Assembly (NCBI GenBank): GCA_030265395.1
Contig: JARFYF010000052.1
Span: 84,808,900-84,872,899, forward strand
Direction: 5' to 3'
From: Rhina ancylostomus
Lineage: Eukaryota
Length of the DNA: 64,000 nucleotides
Shown here: positions 1 through 11,780 of the stretch, one piece after another
Position numbering within the stretch: the first letter of the stretch is position 1
Layout of the letters: every line of letters begins with the position of its first letter
Notes under the pieces: generated by a model
Told to the model about the DNA's origin: nothing
The model's database searches: none
The model's input: the letters and a program-made list of their open reading frames with translations, nothing else
Program-made: the position numbers and the translations under genes

Positions 1-256
1 AGAGCAGCTGAGAAGCTGGGCATTCTGCAGCAAGTGACTCAACTCCCAACACCTCAGAGCCTTTCCAACATCTACAAAGCACAAGTTAGGAATGTGATGG
101 AATACACTCTGCTTGTCTGGATGAATGCAGCTTCAACAATATTCAAGCAGCTTGACATTATCCAGAGCAAAGCAGCCCACTTGATTGGTATCCTGTACTG
201 GTACCAGTTTAAACATTCCTTCTCTCGGTCACCACAGCTGTAGTATGTACTATCTA
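1..256 (+). mobile_element. Decayed LINE (CR1/L2 supergroup), C-terminal ORF2 fragment; continues at about 1570
   Basis: Translates KLGILQQV...IYKAQVRNVMEYTLLVWMNA...LDIIQSKAAHLIG, typical of the post-RT region of non-LTR elements. Same family as 18960-19888. Confidence 0.75.
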
Positions 257-1565
257 CAAAAACAAGAACAAAGATCAGAGAAGCAAGGAGTAGGCAATTT
301 AGACCTTTCCACCTGTAATATTCAGAGAAATCACAGCTGGTCTTTTATCTCAGTGCCACTTTTCTGTACGAAATCTATATAATTTGTTGATTCCCTTAAT
401 GTCCAAAAAGCTATTAATCTTGAATATACTCAGTGACTGACCTTGCACAGCTTTCTTAGGTAGAGAATTCCCAATACCCAATATTCACTACCTTCTGTAC
501 AGGGAAACTTCTTCATTTCTCAGTCCTGAATGGCTAACCTCTTATTTTGAGACTGTGGCCCCTAGTTCCAAATATCCCAGTCAGGAAACATGAACTCTCC
601 ACCTACTCTGTTAAGCCCCCTTCAGAATTTGGTACATTTCTGTGAGATCACCTCTGATTCTCTTTAACTCTAGAGAGTATCACTCAGTCTGCTTAATCTC
701 TCCATATCAGACAAACCTTCAATCCCAGGAATTAATACGGTGAACCTTTGCTGCACTCCCTTGGTCACAAAAGTATCCTTCTTTTTATTCTGCCAATTAC
801 AACCTCAAAGATCTAATAGATGTCAAATATAATTTCTCTTTCAAAAATCTGTGCTGACTTTGCCTAGAATAGAAACAGGAAATGCTGGAAACAGTCGGCA
901 GATTTAGGCAGCACCCATGGAAAGAGAAACAGATGAATGGTCTTTGGCCTGAAATGTTAACCCTGTTTCTCTTTCCAGCATCTGCAGCTTTTGATTTTCA
1001 TTGACACAGCCCAATGCAAATTAATTTCTTAGTGCCCTGTTACACTTCCTTAATAATAGACACTAACATTTTCCTGTCACTGATGTCAGGCTAACTGGTG
1101 TGCACTTCTCCATTTTCTCTCTTCACCACCTCCCCCCTCCCCATCCCTTTTGTTAAAAAGTGGACTTACATTTGCTACCTTCCAATCTATGGGAACTTTT
1201 TTCAAATCTGTGGGATATTGAAAGATGACATCCACTAACCCCATAGCTGCCTCTTTCAAAACCTTGGGATGTGGGTTCTCACTTCTTTGGGATTTACTTC
1301 TTTTCAGTCCCATTAATTTCTCCAGTATTTTTGTTTTATTAATATTAATTTATTTGAGTTCTTTATGTACCCTACACCAGTTTTTCCAGAGATTTTCTGT
1401 ATTTATTTCAATGAAGATAGACACAAAATATTTCTTTCGTTTCTTCGCCATTTCTTTTAAAATTCCTTCTGTTTTGGTCCGTAATGGACCAACATAACTT
1501 GTGCTTATCATTTCATTTTTACATATCTATAGAAGTTTTTATAATCTGTTTTTAAATTTAATTGG
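257..1565 (-). mobile_element. Decayed CR1 LINE inserted into the older LINE
   Basis: CR1 3' end at the left. Minus-strand peptide HPKVLKEAA...VPIDWKVANVSPLFNK is the CR1 pre-RT motif. Confidence 0.8.
868..1000. mobile_element. Short fold-back unit built from Penelope-like element termini
   Basis: Perfect 14-bp inverted arms GGAAAGAGAAACAG (919-932) and CTGTTTCTCTTTCC (963-976) surround a hammerhead-like core. Confidence 0.7.
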
Positions 1566-1569
1566 AGGT

Positions 1570-1865
1570 ATTTGCATCAGCTACTTTGAGATTTGTGGGA
1601 CAAGGGTAGCAGGTGCATGCAGACAACATCACCTATAGGTCCCTCCACCAATCATGCTCCATCATGAGTTGGGACTGTATCACTGTTCCTTTATCATCCC
1701 TGGGAATAAATCCTGAAACTCCTCACCCAAAAACACATTGCTCTATCTTCACCAGAACAAATATAATGGTTCAAGACTCAGCACTACCTTCTCAAGGGCA
1801 ATCAGAGACTGGAAACAAATGCTGGCATTGCCAGTGATAAATAGATCCCTAAAAATGAGTAACTT
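1570..1865 (+). mobile_element. 3' end of the LINE that begins at 1-256
   Basis: Tail ctcaagggcaatcagagactggaaacaaatgctggcattgccagtga is homologous to 19815-19888. Confidence 0.7.
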
Positions 1866-2439
1866 TTTTTTCCAGGATCTGATGTTGGCAGAAAGAACAT
1901 GTTATCTTAAAAAGTGTTAAACCCAGTACATGAGGAAGCCAAGATGTATCCAAGTATTTGAGTTCAACTTTTTATGCATTATCATGAATACATTTGCATA
2001 TTACTCATTGAAAACATTTACACATGAAGTGAACTTAAATTAATGTGGACTAATCATAAATAACTAATTATTTATTCAACAAATAATCATTGAAGGAGTT
2101 GACAAACATACCACAATAGAGAATTTCTACAAATCTATAGGAAAGCAGTCATCCATATTGCCTTTAATGTTTTTCAAAGTAGGGAAAGTATCTACAATAC
2201 CTTTATAGTCCAACTCCTTTCCTATATGCTCAAAATGTTATCATGAAAGTTGTCCTCCTTTAATTTAAACCGTTGGTCCTGGTAAACATCCTATAGATGG
2301 CCTCAGGATTAGCTTGCTGTTGGCTACAACAAATGAGGTGTGATTATGTGAGCTGTGCTCTTGGTGTGCAGGATTGTCGGAATGAATCATAGATGGAATA
2401 GACAGTGTCTGCAACCCATCTAGCATGGCTCCACGCCAT

Positions 2440-3960
2440 GAGAATTCTACTTGCAGGACTAATCCACTGGATGCATTGTTTCAATCTGTTCTTGGTCAGC
2501 AGAATTCATTTCTTCCTACCTTGACTCTATACTATTTTTCCCTTGTTAGATTCCTTCTGAATTATATTTGTTATATTTCTGAAGCTCTCCACCATTTTCA
2601 CAGTTTCCAGGTTTCTGACTCCTTCTGTCTCATTTTCACCATGCGTATTCAATCTGCACCTCTCTGCCACACAAGGATACCCTGAGGGCTCTTGTTTTGC
2701 CCCCGGCTGATCTTGTTCTCACACTTCCTGCACCTGCTGTCATCCCTATCCTTCCACCCAGAATAAGGAAACCCACCTTGTTCTGTCCCATAAGAAGACA
2801 TGTCCAATGGATCATCTTTGCAATTTTTGAAAGGAGCATTCTGTCCACAGCTGCCTGGTTCAGTCTTCCATTCATGCCCGTCCCACATTATCTTTGCATG
2901 GAGTTGTAAACTGTGCACCCCCTGCCCTTTTACCTTTGCCTTTTCCNNNNNNNNNNNNNNNNNNNNNNNNNNNNNNNNNNNNNNNNNNNNNNNNNNNNNN
3001 NNNNNNNNNNNNNNNNNNNNNNNNNNNNNNNNNNNNNNNNNNNNNNNNNNNNNNNNNNNNNNNNNNNNNNNNNNNNNNNNNNNNNNNNNNNNNNNNNNNN
3101 NNNNNNNNNNNNNNNNNNNNNNNNNNNNNNNNNNNNNNNNNNNNNNNNNNNNNNNNNNNNNNNNNNNNNNNNNNNNNNNNNNNNNNNNNNNNNNNNNNNN
3201 NNNNNNNNNNNNNNNNNNNNNNNNNNNNNNNNNNNNNNNNNNNNNNNNNNNNNNNNNNNNNNNNNNNNNNNNNNNNNNNNNNNNNNNNNNNNNNNNNNNN
3301 NNNNNNNNNNNNNNNNNNNNNNNNNNNNNNNNNNNNNNNNNNNNNNNNNNNNNNNNNNNNNNNNNNNNNNNNNNNNNNNNNNNNNNNNNNNNNNNNNNNN
3401 NNNNNNNNNNNNNNNNNNNNNNNNNNNNNNNNNNNNNNNNNNNNNNNNNNNNNNNNNNNNNNNNNNNNNNNNNNNNNNNNNNNNNNNNNNNNNNNNNNNN
3501 NNNNNNNNNNNNNNNNNNNNNNNNNNNNNNNNNNNNNNNNNNNNNNNNNNNNNNNNNNNNNNNNNNNNNNNNNNNNNNNNNNNNNNNNNNNNNNNNNNNN
3601 NNNNNNNNNNNNNNNNNNNNNNNNNNNNNNNNNNTATCCAGGTACACAAATAGTTCTTCCACTGAAGCAGCAATTTACTTGTACTTCATCCAATTTAGCT
3701 TTTGCTGCTCGTGATGTGGTCTTTTCCACATGGGAGAAACCAAATGCCGAATGGCTTACTGCTTTACAGAATGCCTCGGTTCAGTTTGCTAAGGTTCGAG
3801 CTTTAATTTTCCATCCCACTCCAATTCTGATCTCTGACTTTGACCTCCAAGAAAGTCTCTTGTCAGATGAAGAAAAGGCATCTCATTGTCCAATGAAGCA
3901 CATTACAACCCCAAGAGCTTCACATTGAATTCAACTGGTTTAGATAACCAGCCTTTCCAT
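2440..3960 (+). mobile_element. Decayed Penelope-like element (RT C-terminus and GIY-YIG region), spanning a gap
   Basis: After the gap: KQQFTCTSSNL followed by a frameshifted ..GETKCR.. GIY-YIG remnant, homologous to 33780-34100. Confidence 0.7.
2947..3634. other. Largest assembly gap (others at 12790, 15968, 24893, 28638, 36018, 38625, 41576, 45433, 46061, 57046, 62635)
   Basis: Runs of N. Several are exactly 100 nt, suggesting placeholder gaps of unknown size. Confidence 0.99.
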
Positions 3961-4097
3961 TTTGTATCAGAACTGTCTAGTAACGTTAACACTTGCTTTT
4001 CTCTCTTCCAAAAGATGCCACTTGATCTACGAAACATTTCAAGCAGTATTTTTTATCCCAAAGTTCCATCACTTTTTCCCTCTTCATAAAGAAAATC

Positions 4098-4823
4098 TTA
4101 CAACATAGAAGGCCATTTGGCTGTCGAGTCTATGCTGGCTCTCAGAGTGATCCCATCTGCATCATTCCTTCACATTTCCCTGTAATCTATTCTCTCCCTT
4201 CAATGCCCATCAACTCCCCCCTGATTTTCCTGCCTCCCACTTACACCAGCGGGTAATTTACAGCAGCCATTTAACCTACATGCTCTCTAGTCCGGCGTTC
4301 TGTGGTCTGGAAACTCCCATGGTCTGACCTGCTTTGAATATGTAGTACAGATCTATACTAAATAACTAATTCTAACTAAGATCTAATGAGGATCTGTACT
4401 AATCCGTAGCTAATTAACCTACCAGTGGAGCTTTTGTGATCTCAGCCAACAGTGATTTCAGCTAACAGTGTTTCTGACTTGCAGAAACATTGGGTTTCCA
4501 GACAGTTCTTGGAACATTTACAGTATGTAACCTCAGGAGTGTCTATACTTAAAAAGAAAACTTTGCCTGCTCAGAGGAAGGTAATTAGAGGCAACTTCTG
4601 TGGTCCAGATTTTCTGTGGTCTGGCACCAGTCAGGTCACAAGGGTGCTGGACTGGAGAGTTTCAACCTGTAGCTCATTTCTGAGATGCATGAGGAAACTG
4701 GAGACCTAGGGGGAAGCCCATGCAATCACAGGGAAAACAGGCAAATTCCACACAGACAACAATGGAAGTCAGAATCAAATCCACTGCAGTTGTGACGCGG
4801 CAGCACTAATCACTGTGCCACCA
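4098..4823 (-). mobile_element. HE1-like tRNA-derived V-SINE with CR1-type tail, interrupted by a DNA transposon
   Basis: CR1-like tail at 4100-4140, V-domain (gaggaaactggagacctagggggaagcccatgc) at 4690-4750 and tRNA head at 4770-4823. Homologous to 22820-23065. Confidence 0.7.
4279..4669. mobile_element. Non-autonomous Tc1/mariner (Tigger-like) DNA transposon
   Basis: TA dinucleotides on both flanks. Right end reads CAGGTTGAAACTCTCCAGTCCAGC in reverse complement versus left CAtgCTCTCTAGTCCGGC. Internal ctgtggtc(c/t)(a/g)g subrepeats. Confidence 0.5.
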
Positions 4824-4829
4824 CATTGC

Positions 4830-5155
4830 CTCTTCTCCTTCTGTTTACTTCTCCTCCAGACAGATCAACAGCGATTAACAAGCCTTCATCATTGTTTCTC
4901 AGCCGGCTCCAAGTCTACTTGTATCATTCAGTTTCTTTTCATCCCTACCTATCACAAACATTCCTTTTCTTCTCTCTCTCTACTCTGCAACTTAAAACAT
5001 GTTTGATCGCTAGCATTTCCTAGTTCTGATGAAAGCTAATCATCCTGAAACATTGACTCCATTTCTCTGTTCAGCGATGCTGATGGCCAACTGAGTACTT
5101 TCAGCATTTTCTCTTTTCCTTTCAGACTTCTAGCCTCTTCAATGTTTCCTTTTTG
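4830..5155 (+). mobile_element. Penelope-like element terminus containing a hammerhead-like motif
   Basis: AGTT-CTGATGA...GAAA-CATT-GACT at 5022-5058, followed by the common ctgagtactttcagcattttct terminus. Confidence 0.7.
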
Positions 5156-8100
5156 ATCAGTTCAACAATACTGTGTGACTGTGTTGGACAATGAATTCTA
5201 GGAGATAATGCTGCTGAGGACAGAGTTGCACTGACAGAAGTGGAATCTATCACTTATGTACAAACCAGGTATTGATGCAAATTATTAAACGGCTGCAAAA
5301 TGGCATTAAAAACAAATAGGTGGATCACTAGCCTGAATGTTAGATAATTTGGTAATTGGCTCTACTCATGATCTTGTGGATTATTGACAACTGTTTAACA
5401 TTACAGTGAAACCAATTTTGCAGTGAAGAATTGTTGTACAGAAGCAAGACTGTTGATCCACTAAACCTGATGTGTTAAATCTGTGCCATTATCACTTCCC
5501 ATTCTTTTCTTTCACTTAATCTTATTCTTCCTGCTTCCCATATCCTTTAATATTCATCTTTTGTAAGCATTGCATGTCCGTTGATCTTGTGGGAGGGTTT
5601 ATTTATTGTCTATACTTACTTTCCCCAAGCATTCAGACCAACATACTGATCAGTCATATTTACCAAATTTCTATGTACTGCAACCTTTCTCCACCACATT
5701 CTCTGTATGATGTGAGCCAGAAAAGTAAAAGCTTCCTGCCTTTTATATATAGAATTATAAGTGTCTGACCTTGCAATTTGTTTATTAACTGGCTGTATTT
5801 TACTTGCAGTTAAGGCATAATTTTATCTCATTTATTGATTTGTTGTCCAGTTTGCTGCAGACAGTTTATTATCCCTTCACGTTTTATATTTATGATACAT
5901 AATTTAACCTAGTTTTATAATGTCATCATCCCTGTATCTCTCAGGCAACGTGTGAAGTATAAAAAGAGATACACCCAAGGAGACTGAAGCCCATTGGCAT
6001 GCATCTCTGTATTATAAAAATTCTTGTTGATTGTAAGCCCTGATCCCCTCTTGAATACTCATTCTCTGCATTGGTATTTCCACCAAAATCATTTCAGGCT
6101 GTAGATCACTATCTGAAAAGTTCTGATCTGTAGGAAAGTAACAGAAGTACACAATCTTTTTTGGTAAAAAGTTGTGCAAAACTGGCCAATTTACAGACCA
6201 AGAAGCATTCATGACAGGGGGAGCTCTTTCCCCATTAAAGTTAACTTCCCAAACTCATGTTACAAGTTAGCAGTGTTCTGAATTGGAAAAACCTGACTCC
6301 TGAACAAGTCAGACTCTGTAGAGTGGTTGCAATGCGAATATGAAGCTTAATACAATAGTGCATGATGTGTTCACTCATGAAATTTGTGTGCCATCATTTA
6401 TTTTCCATACCTCAGTTAAATCAATAGCACTGATTGGTATAAAATGGAGGGAAAAGGTTGTATTACTTTAAGTGAGCCTCTGGTTGCACACAGATAATAT
6501 TCGATTTTGAGTGGCTGTTTAGAATTGAAACAGAATAAAAAGTAAATGACACAAGGTGGAAAACAAAATGTAGAACACGAGTAGTGGTGTTATGGTATTA
6601 CTATTGGAAATAACGATCGTCTTATCTATTTTCCATCAAATATAATGAAGAAAAAGAGCCTAGGGATTTATTTTTCTAAAACTATCACTATTGAACCAAT
6701 ATTGCACGTCTTCTTGAAAATACCCAGATCAAAGTGAATTAATTATGCTGTCTTTATAATAACAATAATAAACCAGCAGAATTAAGACTAATTGAAATTA
6801 CCAGTTTTTTGTTTGTGCCCTGTTTGTTTAAGGCACCAGAACATTTAAACTCAATTTTTGTTTTGTTGCTATCTGAGCATTCACATTTCTGGTCAACCAT
6901 GTGGCACGCAGTAAAGGAGTGGTGTTGACTAAAGGATTATCCGCCACTTTATGCAAGGCAGTAGCTATTGTTGCACTCACATAGTATGGGTCACTAGTGG
7001 CTCATCCATTCATGTGAATGTGTGCGTGACAGAGCTTAAAGAAAAGTTCTGTTATCACTTTAAGTCATCAAGTACTAAACCTTGATTATGAAGGCAGACA
7101 GAAAAATTGTCCTCAGATTTCCACTGAGGCAGATGCTTATAGGATTAATGTCAGTTGAATGGTTCTTTGATTTGCCCTCTATTTTTTGATGGCACATGGA
7201 GATTAGAAACTGTTTTACAGTCACTTTAAAGTAGTGGTACTCTCCAAAAGCCAATACTTTGGGATGGATTCATTCAGGGGAACTGCATTTAGTGTGCATT
7301 AAATGGTAATTATCAGTCATTGGTTTGAATGGTCATGCAATGTCTGAGAAAGTTAACCCATTCTGAGAGCAAAATGAAATGTTATTGATCTGAAACATTA
7401 ACTCTGTTTCTCTCTCCACAGATGCTGCCTGGCTTGCTGCATATTTCTAGCATTTACTGTTTTTTTAGAAATTAAAATCAGAATAACCTAAGAGATTTTA
7501 GATCCTGTGATCTGCCATTTGAACTATAATAATTTTCACTGGTCCTTTATTTCCCTTATTTGTGACTTTTGCTATCAATAAGTTCTTGCCATAAATAATA
7601 TAATCAGTAGATAATATTGATTAATAGCACAGTTTTAATTACAGGTGCAGATTCTCCCATGTATGCTAACAAATAAAACCTGTGTACAAATTTCTGTATA
7701 AACTTTGCTGATATGGGAATGAGCCACTAATTATGGAATGGCATGGAAAACAGGAATCCTGTCTGTTTGTAAATAAGATTGGCACTCTCAATCACAACCA
7801 AGCCAACACAGGCAATTAAACAAAGAAAATTATACCTGGAAGTGATTCCATGACTCTAATCTAACCTTGAGATTCAAATATTTATGAACGGCTTGAGCTT
7901 TGCTCCCATGGTTTATGATTCCATCTGAAACTTTAGATTACAGACCTATAATTTCAACATAATTATCTATTTAATATGAAAATGAAGCTTCAGTGATTTA
8001 TTTAGGACATCAGATGTGAAGATTTTTTTAAATGTTGACATCCCTTGAGAATAAATAGCTATGGATGATATATGCGGGCCAAGAAAATCCTAATTGCCCT

Positions 8101-9030
8101 CCATCCTATTTGTTAAATCGCTTGTTATCTGCCAAGGTAGTGCTGGCACTCCATTGTTTGTGAATTACTGAGAGAACAATAATCTCTAGGGATCTCGCCC
8201 TGATTTTTATTTAGCGATAAGTCGCGGCAAGTGCCTCTGTGGACACTCGACAAGCGCCCTTTTTCTCTGAATGGAAGAAGTCATGTTGCTATCGCTTGGC
8301 CTTGCTCACATATTAGACAGAGCTATTTGACTGGAACACTGTGAATAATCCGAATTCAAGACAAGCCTTTGGCACAGCAGGGGAGAAAACGAGAAGAATC
8401 CAATGTTTCTACTCCTGACACCTGAGGTGGGCAAAATACTGCTTCAATCAAGTAGGAGTTTGACTGACATCCTGGCCGCAGGGAGTAACGCAAAATTGAA
8501 TTAATACCACGTTATTAACATCTATGGGTCAGCATTACTGAAAAATTGTTGGAAAATTGGCAGCTGATACCCGGGGAACAGGGGTATTTTATCCAGTACG
8601 TTACAACGTACTGTCTAATCGGGCTGTCTGAAGAAGACAGAATGGGTTGATTTAACTCCAGCACAGATGACCAAGCGCAAAGTGAAGGTAATAGGGTTAG
8701 AGTCAGGATCGTTGGTACTGAAATGCTCCATCTACACCACGTTTACCAGAATTAATAGACACCGGAATATTATTAGGACTACATTTATCTATATCAAGAA
8801 CAGTCCTTGGATCCACTTATCTATTGAGTGATTACCCATAACCTTTCATTTGCAGCCTTTATGCACCCAAGGTTTGCTGGGTCCCTTTGGGAGTTCCTGA
8901 CTAATGAACGAGACCAGGTTAAACCCCACCGGTGGGGTTCTGTGAATGAGGACGTTCTCTATGGCGATGGTATATTGTCCCGTGCAATAGTTTCCATCCT
9001 TCCCTCGTGAAACCATCCCTCTCGACTTAC

Positions 9031-9316
9031 CTAAATTAGCTTTGAAACTACGGACGGTGTTTCCATCCTTGAACTGGTAGCCAGCTTTATTGTACTTGTC
9101 ATAGAGCATCAGCATGTGCTCCGACATTGTGTCCTGCAGCAGGTCTGGTGTGTTGGAGGTGGCGGGGCTCTCCTTCCGGGAGGAAGCTGTCGAATTCTCA
9201 CCCAAGCCAGAAATTGCTCTTAGCCCGCGGATATGTTCTTTCAGCAGATCCGAGAACGCCGCAGTTAAACAGGTCCATCCGACGCACACAAACACCAGCG
9301 CTTGAAATCTGCCCAT
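9031..9316 (-). CDS. bmp3: Bone morphogenetic protein 3, first coding exon (signal peptide and start of prodomain); remaining exons not in window
   Basis: ATG at 9316 in strong Kozak context (AGG ATG G). Translates MGRFQALVFVCVGWTCLTAAFSDLL...LLQDTMSEHMLMLYDKYNKAGYQFKDGNTVRSFKANL(G): a hydrophobic leader plus the QDxxSEHMLxLYDxY and GNTVRSF motifs of BMP3 (GDF10 has VAVHM instead). The 286-nt phase-1 exon ends at a consensus donor AG|GTAAGT (9030-9025). Adjacency to cfap299 supports bmp3 over gdf10. Confidence 0.93.
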
Positions 9317-9800
9317 CCTCTTTAAAACTGCGCACAAATCTGGAAGTCAGTCGGGCAGTCAGTAAAAGAAGAGTTTGCTTTGGTTATTTTTATATATATC
9401 GGAAAGTTCCAAGGCTGTCCTGTTGAGTTGCGTGCTGCTCTGGAGTGGCTGCAGGTATCTGACTGGTGAGAGGATGACTTTCCCCAGAAGGTCTGGAGTG
9501 TGTGTGCGGCTGCTTCGCACAGATGCCGTTAGGCTGTAGTCGCCGCTTGCTTTTACTCCTGTCTCTTTCGGACTCGGCTGTTCTGTGAGTGCAGACGCAC
9601 TGTGTTATGTGTCCTAGCACAGGGCAGAGCTTCGGCCCGACCAATCACACTGCTTCACTCCCTTAAATCAAATCAGACTTCAAAAAGCCAACTACATCTC
9701 AGATGTCGAGAGGTGATAGATCAAATATTCAGATCCTACAGCTCAGTGTAAGCCAGTCTACGAATTGTTACACGGTACTAATTGGCTGGTACGGGAACGA
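9317..9800 (-). promoter_or_regulatory. bmp3 5' UTR and core promoter region
   Basis: CpG-rich. CCAAT elements at 9641-9645 and 9781-9785. No minus-strand ATG for about 380 nt upstream of the start codon. TATA-like TATATAAAAA near 9386-9397. The transcription start itself cannot be fixed from sequence. Confidence 0.6.
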
Positions 9801-11457
9801 GCGATACATACTTGCAAATCTGTCCTGAAAGATCTGACACTGCGCCCACAGATCTCTGACTATTTAATATGAATCTCGGAGGGCGGTGGGATGTTTGAAC
9901 GATCATTATTACACTCGGAACAAGTACTTCAGTGTTGACTTATCCAGTAATCGGGAGTCCGTCAGCCTCTTTTACATCAGTTTCTGTGGATTGCAGGAAG
10001 TTGGAAATGAGATTCATCAATCTGCACACTTCCTGGAGTCTTCGCCAACATCCAATTCTAGCCAATCAATATAAACATTTTTTATGGGATACAGGGAGGA
10101 GATGAAGCGTGTTATCAAAGTTTTGGAAATCAGCAAAGGCCAATTCATCTTTCCATTCACTTTATTTATGGTTAAATATTTCATGCGAATTACGAACCAT
10201 TATTATGGCGAATTTTTATCCACCGTCTGCAAGAGGCAGTTAACTCGCACCCGATCCCTAATCATGTCCTGAATTAAACTCGTGTGCAACGCAGATGAGG
10301 AATACAAACTCGTATCATTCACACTTTACACGTTATGCTGGTTGACATTTCCCTTTAACAAAAGAACCACCTTCGCCCCTTCCAGTGAGATTATTGACAT
10401 TTAATACAATCTAAATCCTCTCTGACTCATCCTATAAATAATAACGTAGATTAAGAAAAAAATATTTCAACAAAGGTACACGGAGAATCGCGTGTCTTAT
10501 TCCGGGCTTTGAATGTGATCTGCCTTCTGTTCAGCAGTGAATGGCGTTAAGCGGACACATCCTGTAGAGCTCCCAACCCGGACACAACACCACATGTCAC
10601 ACACACTAAATAAAGATAGGAAGAAGACTTTAAATACCTTCTTTCATGAGCATCCATGAGTAACTAATGATTTCCCGTAAACATCCAATGGCAACATCTA
10701 TATAAATCCATTCAGACGTGTTTATTTCTTTAACCGAAAGGTTTAAAATAACTAAATGTCAGATTTATTTTAAAATAGGAAAAAAAGTCATACTTTAAAT
10801 TTATCAATAACCAAAAACGCTGCATGGATTATTTGCTGTGGAGTAACTAGTGTTTCCATGAACGCAGCTGTGGGTACCTACCTAAAGCTCACATTGGAGA
10901 GAGCACATTGGGAAGAATGAATCCAGATTATTCAATTTAATATGTCCGCTTCAGTATCAGGTAGCGTAAAACTCTAAGGTAGAAAAGCGAATACATGACA
11001 GAGTTCTTTTCATGTTGCGGAGGTCGGAGGTACAATGTACTAATCTCAGTTTATTCTAAATCCATCTGCGGTACACGGACAAAGGTACAATGCTGCATTG
11101 TGGTTGTTTTCTGTATTTACCAGTTTAACTGATTTGCCATCAGATTTAAGTTACGCCAATTTTCCCAGGACGCATTTCACAAATCCCCAAAAGGTGAACA
11201 CTTGCCAAGAATTGACAGATTTACCTTTATGCTTAATCTGACTTTACTCTTAATCAGTTTTTCATTCCTGCCATTTGAATGACTACATTACCTCCTCGCC
11301 ACCTACCCAACAGATCTCCCCCTGAACTGACCTCACCAGAAATTGACTCACGGCGCTGCTTTCACACTTGACCGACGCTTCGGTTTTGCGGTTGCACAGG
11401 AGTTGAAGGATTTGCCCGATTAACTATTAACCATCTGGGCCATGCCAACTTCTCGCA

Positions 11458-11780
11458 GCTACCATTGGGCAGCAGGTACAGAAGCCTGAAGTCCCACACC
11501 ACTAGTTTCAAGAACAGCTGCTTCCCTCCAACAATTCGGTTCTTAAACCAACCTGCACAGCCTTAATCACTACCCTACTATGACCATTTTGCACTACTCT
11601 GGACTTTGTTTTTTATTCGTTCTAATTGTGTTCCTTCTTGTACAATTTTGTAGTTATGTTTTTCTTGTGAATGCTGTGTATCTAATGCAATGTGCCTGTG
11701 ACGCTGCTGCAAGAAAGTTTTTCATTGCACCTGTGCGTACATGTGCTTGTGCATATGACAATAAACTTGAGTTTGACTTT
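11458..11780 (+). mobile_element. Rex1/Babar-type LINE 3' end
   Basis: Translates LPLGSRYRSLKSHTTSFKNSCFPPTIRFLN (Rex1 LPSGRRYRS...SFFP motif). Ends gacAATAAActtgagtttgact. Confidence 0.75.

Noticed and set aside
2649-3928. Long ORFs of 246-344 aa here and at 38445-39464
   Set aside because: Artefacts of translating through N-runs.
1-9030. Search for bmp3 exon 2
   Set aside because: No long minus-strand ORF with an FNLTSL or mature-domain motif. It lies left of the window.
8846-9337. 163-aa single-exon ORF in the track
   Set aside because: It starts at a TTG upstream of the true ATG (9316) and reads through the splice donor at 9030. The tail GKSRGMV...GCK is translated intron.
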